This document shows, one piece after another, positions 46,013-52,784 of a DNA stretch of 52,784 nt. The DNA is from a virus (lineage: Duplodnaviria > Caudoviricetes), in IMG/VR virus record IMGVR_UViG_3300024258_000612, positions 1-52,784 of that record; one strand, written 5' to 3'. Below the pieces are notes generated by a model. That model made no database searches, had not been told where the DNA came from, and saw only the letters and a program-made list of their open reading frames with translations. Positions within the stretch are counted from its first letter, which is position 1. The number at the start of each line of letters is the position of its first letter. Made by a program: the position numbers and the translations under genes.

Positions 46013-47509
46013 TTAGTATGTATATAAACTAGTCATATACATATTTGGTAAGTAATTGTGTGCTGTTTGATCTAGATCTACTCTTACTCCTATACTATTA
46101 CCGTAAGTATTAGATTTACGTATCTTCAAGACATGCCAGTTATTAGTTGAGTCCCATGCCCACGGAGTTACTGCAAAGGAACTTGTACCCGTGTTATTCA
46201 CCCCATCTAGTGACCATGTTTCTCCATAATTGCCTGCACCATTGTGGTTATAAGTAAATTCATATTTTTTGCGGCCAGCTTGATTCTGGTGAGAGTAAGC
46301 AGCACTTAGTATTATAGTACCACTCGTCCAAAAACTATTAGCAGGCATAATTATGTCAACTCCCTGATTGCCAATTCCATTGGTGAAATATGGGCTTTGG
46401 AAATATCTACTGCCAGATTCGGAATAGCCGCCGGTACCCATTGTTATATAGGGGGTGGCGTGCCTCATTCCAATACCGGAAGAAATATCCAATTGAGAAG
46501 ATGAATTTCCACTAAATGAATTAGCAGTAACACTACCAGTAACATCAATACCAGTAGAGGTTGTTTCAAACTTTGTAGAATTATCGTGTCTTAGCTGGAC
46601 TGAACCATTAGTATTAAAGTTAGCCATCGTTTTAGTTTCAGCGTGATTTCTTATCATTACCCCAGTACCATCAGACGTTAAGACTAAATTACCTTGTGCT
46701 ATATCTTTAATCAGACTATCAGTACCATCGTGATATATCTGTAAATCATCACTAGCACCAAACTTAGCCTTGACGTTATCACCTAGTGATACATCGCCAG
46801 TCATAGTGCCACCTGCTTTAGGTAATGCTGCATTAGCTGTAGCACCTTGAGCAGCAGTAGCATAATCAGTAGAATCAAAAGCTTTTACTTGAGTTAGATT
46901 AGTTACCTCAGAGTCCATCAAAGCACCTGCTGCAGTTACATTAGTTGTATCAGTAACATTAGCACCAGCTTCAATACCGTCTAACTTAGTATTATCAGCA
47001 GTAGTAAAGTTCTTTTGAGTTAACCCACCATCTCCAACTGAATATGTAGTATTAGTATCTGTAAACAAAGCACCAGAAGGAACATTGGTTAAAACTTGTG
47101 AATCATCAACCTTACCTGCTAACGCAGTGGTCACTGTCGCTGCATAATTAGCATCATCACCTAAGGCTGCTGCTAACTCGGTTAATGTATCTAAAGCTGC
47201 TGGGGCTGCTCCAATAACATTTGTAATCTGAGTATTAACATATGTTTCAGTTGTCTTACCATCAAGTAAACCTTGAAGACCTGTTACTTCTGAAACTGTA
47301 TGAGCACTTGGGTGGGAATAGTTATTAGCATTATCAGCAACACCATCTAATTTATTCTTATCAGCAGGGATCATTAAACCAGAAGCAATTGAAGATGCAC
47401 CAGGAGTTGCCGCTAGTTTATCCTGTGATATGCTAGTGGTTGCACTGATGTCTTCATTAGTGATAGTACCATCTTTGATACCACCAGTTGTTACTTTAGT
47501 TAATGCCAT
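46013..47509 (-). CDS. Tail fibre protein
   Basis: MALTKV start; KLDGIEAGANVTD, ALPKAGGTMTG, FGASDDLQIYHDG, KFETTSTGIDVTG. Confidence 0.85.
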   Translation of the reverse strand: MALTKVTTGGIKDGTITNEDISATTSISQDKLAATPGASSIASGLMIPADKNKLDGVADNANNYSHPSAHTVSEVTGLQGLLDGKTTETYVNTQITNVIGAAPAALDTLTELAAALGDDANYAATVTTALAGKVDDSQVLTNVPSGALFTDTNTTYSVGDGGLTQKNFTTADNTKLDGIEAGANVTDTTNVTAAGALMDSEVTNLTQVKAFDSTDYATAAQGATANAALPKAGGTMTGDVSLGDNVKAKFGASDDLQIYHDGTDSLIKDIAQGNLVLTSDGTGVMIRNHAETKTMANFNTNGSVQLRHDNSTKFETTSTGIDVTGSVTANSFSGNSSSQLDISSGIGMRHATPYITMGTGGYSESGSRYFQSPYFTNGIGNQGVDIIMPANSFWTSGTIILSAAYSHQNQAGRKKYEFTYNHNGAGNYGETWSLDGVNNTGTSSFAVTPWAWDSTNNWHVLKIRKSNTYGNSIGVRVDLDQTAHNYLPNMYMTSLYTY

Positions 47510-47573
47510 TGGGGTTTACTCCTTATTGATCTATTTATACTTCTATTGCTACTTCCTGCCACGGTGTGATGCT

Positions 47574-47900
47574 TTAGTTGCCATCTGTTACTCCGTCTAA
47601 TTTTTTAGACATTAAAGGTTTTTCTGAAAGAACTCTTTCTGCTTCTTTTAAATGCCATTCTCTATTTTGCGGACCATCAAATATCTTTGATTCAATCCAA
47701 GAAATAATCTGGTCTTTAGTTAAATCATCAAATTGAGTAAAACCAGAAGAAGGAGGATTCATATCTAATACATTGTTTACTTCGTAAAAGCTTGAACCAT
47801 CACTAAAAATTTGTGTATAGTCAACTTTTCTTACTACATTTAAATTAGATTCATCGTTTTGAACAATTAAATCATTAATTTTATATTCTATAGTTATCAT
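47574..47900 (-). CDS. Tail-fibre-associated small protein
   Basis: FTQFDDLTKDQIISWIE motif; coupled to the upstream fibre gene. Confidence 0.7.
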   Translation of the reverse strand: MITIEYKINDLIVQNDESNLNVVRKVDYTQIFSDGSSFYEVNNVLDMNPPSSGFTQFDDLTKDQIISWIESKIFDGPQNREWHLKEAERVLSEKPLMSKKLDGVTDGN

Positions 47901-50770
47901 ATTCCGTATCTACCTCTTCCAGCATTAAAGTTTTGTTGGACTTCGGCCGAAGTCAAATTTTGTCCATAGAATTGCCATTCAGATCCATAGCCGTATAAAC
48001 GATGGTTAACATTAATTGCCGCCGCTTGAAAAGTGGTGGAGGTTGTACCAGAAGATGCTGATCCAGACTGAATTAACGAACCATTTACATATACCGCATA
48101 ACTACTTCCATCAAAAGTTAAAACTTGATAATACCATTGTCCAGATGATAATTGATGGCTAATTTCTCCACCTGTTCCAGTACCAATATAGAAATATACA
48201 TTGCCTCCATCTTTGATCCCTTGATAAGTGTATCCTCCTCCTGCCTGGATTCCTTGCAATTGGAAACTTTCACCAGCTGGTTGTGTTGTACTGCTATAAT
48301 ATACCCACATGCCAAAAGCTCTTGCTCCTGCAGGAGCTGTAAAGGAAGAACTAATATAATCGCCATAACCATCAAATATCATATAGCCATTGTTTGAACT
48401 GCTATATGTAGGATTTCCTTGAATAGTTCCGTTATATCCGTTTCCGCTTATATCATTCACTGTACTACCAGAACCAGAATAACTACTACCATTAGTCATA
48501 TCCCAATGTAATAACAAATTTGATTTTATAATTCCATCAGAGCTTACATCTTGCCACGTTGATCCGTCATAAAATTTTACTTTTTGACCAAAGCTATTAT
48601 AATAAAGCTGTCCAGCTCTAGTTCCAGTAGGATCAGAAGCAGCCGATAATAAACCAAATGGCTTCTCAACATTAACTTCGGTATCGTCTAATACTAAAAA
48701 CGTGTCTCGGCCATTGGTATTGTTACCTTTATTTGTGAACTTAGAAATTTCAAATCCACCATCAGTAACTAACATACCATAGTTATTATTACCAGTTGAA
48801 GACCAATCTCCCGCACCTCTAGCTAATTTAATTCCAGAATAATATCCACCGAGTGAGTTTACGGTAATCCATTCGTGTTGATCAGCTGCATTTCCGACTT
48901 GTAAAGAAGCGCTTGGATCGTCTGTTCCAATACCAACGTTACCTGCTGAGGTGATGCGCATACGTTCTTCAACTGCATCCTCTGCTATAACAACTCCTGT
49001 CTTGTTGACAAAGGCTATATCCCCACCCCACTTATGGAGTATACCTGAAGCACCATATGAACTGTGCCCTGCCCTTACCGTAGGAGTGGTAGTGTTACCA
49101 TTGAAATGTATATTTGTGCCACTGAGGCCAGCACCAGCGCCTACGCCATCTAGGGTTAGACCGAAGTTAGGGTTACCCACACTAACATCTCCAAAAACAT
49201 CTAACTTAGAGCCAGGACTCGTAGTACCAATACCTAGCTTGCCACTAAGGTAGTTCTTATCTTCACCATTGATGTGTAAGCCATAAGCGTTTGTAACAGT
49301 TCCAGCCGATATGGCATAAGAGCCATAGAATAATTGGCCGTTTGTTATTGTGCCTGCATTACTATCAATATGGGATTCAAAGCCTCTTGCCGTTGAAATT
49401 GTACTAGAACCATTTGATTCTACTTCTCCAAAAACTCCTCGGATAGTTCCTACATTACCAGTATGTCCTACGAGGGTGGCCGCTTTATTATATGACCCGT
49501 AGGCGGTGGTAACAGTACCAGTACCAGTTGTATCTATATAAGCAAATGTAGAAGAACCGTAAAGATTGGTCACTGTACCTGCTGAGTTTCTAGCATATAC
49601 TTGTGAGCTTATACCCTTTAATTCAGTAGTTGATCCTACTGAATCAAGCACGGATTCTGTTACAAATCTACCACCATATACTAAATCACTATCACCCGTA
49701 GCTCTAGTATCAACATTAAGCCCATATACTCTATGTTCATTAGTTGTATCACCACCTGTTGTACTTGAGTCTACATCAATAAACAAACCACCTTGTTCTC
49801 TATCTCCGCCCGTGGCAGAAACACCTGAGAAGTTACCATCAATGATCTGAGCGAAATAATAGTCCAGCGCTGGATCAGTTATATTATGAACCAGTTTTAG
49901 TGGATATTGACTATTATCTGATCTAATATCTAATTTAGAAGATGGCGAGTTGGTGCCTATACCAACACTTCCCAATTCTTTAATAACCATTGTGGATATA
50001 CCAGACCCGGCAGTACCGTTACCAATATAAGTGTCACCTGTATTATTCATTATAATTGGATAATAGTTATTAGTTAAATCTCTTATATTTAAATTACCGC
50101 CACTTCCCAATTGCATAGACCATTCGTAATCGGCTTTTGATACTCCACCAGATCTTTTAATATTAATACCCGGAAAGTGATCACCAACTGCAGTAGATTT
50201 AATGTAACCTGATGAAGCTGTAGACACTTCTAAGTTCCCGGTGATTATTCCACCTGCGAGAGGTAGCTTAGTACCAATACTATTAGTTACTGTGGTGGCA
50301 AAGTTAGGATCATTACCTAAGGCCGCCGCTAATTCGTTTAATGTATCTAAAGTAGCTGGAGATGAAGCAACAAGAGCCGCCACCTGAGTATTAACATATG
50401 TCTCTGTTGTCTTACCATCAAGTAAACCTTGAAGACCTGTTACTTCAGAAACTGTATGAGCAGCTGGATGACTATAATTATTAGCGCTATCGGCTATGCC
50501 GTCTAACTTAGTTGAATTTAACTTAGCGTCTGTAATAGCATTGTCTGCTATATCCGCTGTAGCGTGAGTAGTAGGGTGACTATAATTATTAGCGCTATCG
50601 GCTATGCCATCTAACTTAGTTGAATTTAACTTAGCATCGGTAATAGAATTATCTGCTATATCCGCTAGTTCAATCGAACCATCAACAATCTTAGATGCAT
50701 CAATACTATTGGCTGGAATATCATCAATAGTAACCGGTGACGGGGTTGGAGTTCTACCTACGTATGGCAT
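47897..50770 (-). CDS. Long tail fibre with C-terminal LamG/concanavalin-like domain
   Basis: GIGT..P..KL repeats, ERMRITSAGNVGIGT; SYSGSG..VNDISGNG...LTSAEVQQNFNA. Confidence 0.88.
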   Translation of the reverse strand: MPYVGRTPTPSPVTIDDIPANSIDASKIVDGSIELADIADNSITDAKLNSTKLDGIADSANNYSHPTTHATADIADNAITDAKLNSTKLDGIADSANNYSHPAAHTVSEVTGLQGLLDGKTTETYVNTQVAALVASSPATLDTLNELAAALGNDPNFATTVTNSIGTKLPLAGGIITGNLEVSTASSGYIKSTAVGDHFPGINIKRSGGVSKADYEWSMQLGSGGNLNIRDLTNNYYPIIMNNTGDTYIGNGTAGSGISTMVIKELGSVGIGTNSPSSKLDIRSDNSQYPLKLVHNITDPALDYYFAQIIDGNFSGVSATGGDREQGGLFIDVDSSTTGGDTTNEHRVYGLNVDTRATGDSDLVYGGRFVTESVLDSVGSTTELKGISSQVYARNSAGTVTNLYGSSTFAYIDTTGTGTVTTAYGSYNKAATLVGHTGNVGTIRGVFGEVESNGSSTISTARGFESHIDSNAGTITNGQLFYGSYAISAGTVTNAYGLHINGEDKNYLSGKLGIGTTSPGSKLDVFGDVSVGNPNFGLTLDGVGAGAGLSGTNIHFNGNTTTPTVRAGHSSYGASGILHKWGGDIAFVNKTGVVIAEDAVEERMRITSAGNVGIGTDDPSASLQVGNAADQHEWITVNSLGGYYSGIKLARGAGDWSSTGNNNYGMLVTDGGFEISKFTNKGNNTNGRDTFLVLDDTEVNVEKPFGLLSAASDPTGTRAGQLYYNSFGQKVKFYDGSTWQDVSSDGIIKSNLLLHWDMTNGSSYSGSGSTVNDISGNGYNGTIQGNPTYSSSNNGYMIFDGYGDYISSSFTAPAGARAFGMWVYYSSTTQPAGESFQLQGIQAGGGYTYQGIKDGGNVYFYIGTGTGGEISHQLSSGQWYYQVLTFDGSSYAVYVNGSLIQSGSASSGTTSTTFQAAAINVNHRLYGYGSEWQFYGQNLTSAEVQQNFNAGRGRYGI
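50469..50666 (-). repeat. 108-nt period direct repeat (2 copies) in a fibre gene
   Basis: ADIADN.ITDAKLNSTKLDGIADSANNYSHP twice, 36-aa period, near-identical DNA. Confidence 0.9.
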
Positions 50771-51093
50771 TAACCCATCTCCATAATGCTTAAAGTAGCA
50801 TCAAGTGAATTAATAATGGATCCTTGTACTTGTAGAATATCACTAGGCTCCATTACTACTTTATTGCCTGCCATAACCTCTACTGAAGAGCCTGAAGGAA
50901 TAGGAATGTCTTTAATGATGTACGTGTCATCACCCGAGTTAACCAATCTAATACTTGCAGTAATGCTTGAACTTGAAATGTTAGCTAATGTGCAACCAAG
51001 AACTACTGTTGTTGTACTTGCCGGAACCGTATATACCGCTACCAAAGTTGTATCAATGTTTGCTACAGTCTTTCTTTTAAATGTATTTGCCAT
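50770..51093 (-). CDS. Small virion structural/connector protein
   Basis: MANTFK...VYTVP..TTTVV...LAN...GNKVVME..D.L, a pattern typically following genes that end in AMAIALG. Confidence 0.75.
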   Translation of the reverse strand: MANTFKRKTVANIDTTLVAVYTVPASTTTVVLGCTLANISSSSITASIRLVNSGDDTYIIKDIPIPSGSSVEVMAGNKVVMEPSDILQVQGSIINSLDATLSIMEMG

Positions 51094-51099
51094 ATCTTA

Positions 51100-52784
51100 T
51101 TATCCTAATGCAATTGCCATCGCGACAGCTTCGGCCCTTATGTTATCTAATTCTGCTTGAAGTCCTGTAACCTCTGAAATACTATGGGCTGCAGGATGTG
51201 TATATATTGTATCAGTGAATACCGCTCCTACCGGGACTGCTGTTTCAACTAAAGGATGTGCAACATTAGATACCTTGGCATCATTTAATGCAACTCTAGT
51301 TTCAAGACCATCAGCTAAACCTTTTAAGACTTTACCTTGATTAGCACTTAACGCTTCAGTTGTACTTGTACTTGTTAATGTATTGTTTACAGTAACACTC
51401 GTATCATCTAATAAAGCACTTAAATCAACTGTGAAAGTTGAAGCGTCACTTCTTGTGAACGTGGCAATACCAGTTGACCCATTTAAGGCACCACTAGCGA
51501 TGTAAGCTAGGTTGGTGTCATCTAAGTACAGAGATAAATCTAAGTTTGTTGTTGCGCCTAATTCATCTACATAAGAAAGAATGTTAGTAGCAATAGATAG
51601 TGTTGTAGTGGTTTCAGTGTCTGTAAATACAGCACCAGAAGGTACATTAGTCAACACCTGTGAATCATCAACCTTACCATCTAAGGCTGTTTGTAATCCT
51701 GTTGTATCTGCTATTGCATGGGTATGTGCAAAGTCAGCAACAGCAAAGTTTAATTTGCCGGTAGTATCGTTATACGTAACAACAATATTTGTTTCGGTGT
51801 TGGCATCAACCATTGTACCAACGATATCTTCAATCTCTTCGGCATCAATGAAACCAACTTTATCCCAAGAAGATGTACTTCCATTATAAACTTCGGTTGA
51901 ATTTAAATCTGTGTTCCATCTAAGGTAACCAGCCTCTGGAGAAGCATCTCTGTCCGCGGTAGATCCAGCAGGAATGATTGCGGAAGTGCCTGTATTATTA
52001 ACAACAGAAGCTAAAGCAATAATCTTAATATGAATAATTGTTACTTCATCATCGAGATCAGCTGGATCTGTAAGAACAACATTTGTTCCATCGGTGTATG
52101 TAAAGTCAACAGAACCTAATAACTTAATACCATTAATGAATACTTCTAAGTTATCAACAGCCCTATTATATCCCCCATTAGGTATTACAAAGTCTGTTTG
52201 ACCAGATGTAGCAACATATTCGTGTTCTGTAATGTCAGAACCATTAGCAAGGTTAAGGGCTTTGATGACTTCGATAGTGACGATGTCATCAACTAAAGCT
52301 GGATCAGATAGTACAACAGATGTACCAGAGGTTGCGGTGTAATCCACTTCAGGCAGTTTCATACCATTATAAAATACGTTTACATGGTCACTTAGTGTGT
52401 CATATAAAGCCGCAAACGTTGTATCCCCCGCAATGGTAATGTACTCGACAGTGATAATTTCACTAGCACCCCCACCACCTCCTCCAGATACTGGGAACCA
52501 CTGAGAAACTCCGGCAGAGTCTTGAATATATTTATAGAGTAAAGAGTCGTCGGTATCCCACCACTCATCTCCTAAAGTAGGGTTCGCTGGTTGAGAAGTA
52601 CTAAAGCTATTAGTATGCCCGTCCTCTAGACCTATGATTAATTGCTTTGGAGTAGTACTACTGTCGGTAGTAATAACAACGTTATTACCTGCCACAATTT
52701 GTAGACTTTCTTCTCCTGAAGGAGATAGTGTAGTTTGTCCAGCAATAAGCAGGTCTTTCCAATGAGAACCTAAAGATACCTTAA
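51100..52784 (-). CDS. Tail/baseplate fibre protein (5' end outside window)
   Basis: Frame stays open from 52695 to the window edge (KVSLGSHWKDLLIAGQ...); VF.NG.KL repeats, IPAGSTADR, C-terminal AMAIALG. Confidence 0.85.
   Translation of the reverse strand, partial: KVSLGSHWKDLLIAGQTTLSPSGEESLQIVAGNNVVITTDSSTTPKQLIIGLEDGHTNSFSTSQPANPTLGDEWWDTDDSLLYKYIQDSAGVSQWFPVSGGGGGGASEIITVEYITIAGDTTFAALYDTLSDHVNVFYNGMKLPEVDYTATSGTSVVLSDPALVDDIVTIEVIKALNLANGSDITEHEYVATSGQTDFVIPNGGYNRAVDNLEVFINGIKLLGSVDFTYTDGTNVVLTDPADLDDEVTIIHIKIIALASVVNNTGTSAIIPAGSTADRDASPEAGYLRWNTDLNSTEVYNGSTSSWDKVGFIDAEEIEDIVGTMVDANTETNIVVTYNDTTGKLNFAVADFAHTHAIADTTGLQTALDGKVDDSQVLTNVPSGAVFTDTETTTTLSIATNILSYVDELGATTNLDLSLYLDDTNLAYIASGALNGSTGIATFTRSDASTFTVDLSALLDDTSVTVNNTLTSTSTTEALSANQGKVLKGLADGLETRVALNDAKVSNVAHPLVETAVPVGAVFTDTIYTHPAAHSISEVTGLQAELDNIRAEAVAMAIALG

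Noticed and set aside
35048-50666. Repeats as a CRISPR array
   Set aside because: All are in-frame coding repeats with no repeat-spacer structure.
36495-51889. Numerous + strand and alternate-frame ORFs over the tail genes
   Set aside because: Shadow ORFs from Ala/Ser/Thr/Gly-rich low-complexity coding; no RBS or motifs.
1-52784. tRNA, rRNA, integrase, transposase, inteins or introns
   Set aside because: None recognised. Intergenic gaps are short and mostly explained by promoters or terminators, and PolA and the helicases have normal lengths. A tRNAscan/Infernal run would be needed to exclude small RNAs.
52779-52784. Window starts and ends with CCTTAA (possible terminal repeat or circularity)
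   Set aside because: Only 6 nt, and both ends fall inside unrelated open genes on opposite strands; consistent with chance.

Overview
Segment of a large lytic dsDNA phage genome with T5-like (Demerecviridae-type) organisation. It is probably marine, and the host may be a sulfur-oxidising gammaproteobacterium such as SUP05 (inferred from a DsrC/TusE-family gene and a host-like porin). Positions 1-20.9 kb (+ strand) hold the 3' part of nrdB, an accessory block (PvuII-like nuclease, porin, HEXXH peptidase, one-cysteine DsrC/TusE, small membrane ORFs) and the T5 replication module nearly in T5 order: D3, D2, PC4-like, split NAD ligase, D5, D6 helicase, primase, PolA, D10, D11, D12, D13, D14, D15. 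Near-consensus sigma70 promoters drive this arm. Positions 20.9-33.5 kb, where T5 has dUTPase, hold a convergent biosynthetic island with five radical SAM genes (one fused to a GT2 glycosyltransferase), a UDP-sugar dehydrogenase, a split transketolase-like pair, two NDP-sugar epimerases and two deacetylases. The best candidate for an undescribed system lies here: a SPASM radical SAM gene overlapping a gene whose (CxCNxx)4 Cys-rich repeat ends exactly at the predicted autocleavage serine of a peptidase-S74 chaperone. This resembles a RiPP-style maturase/substrate pair built into a virion fibre protein. Positions 33.5-52.8 kb (- strand) hold a large mosaic array of tail fibre/adhesin plus chaperone cassettes with shared DNA blocks and an embedded flavin-dependent halogenase. 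All calls come from motif recognition by eye; no database searches were run.
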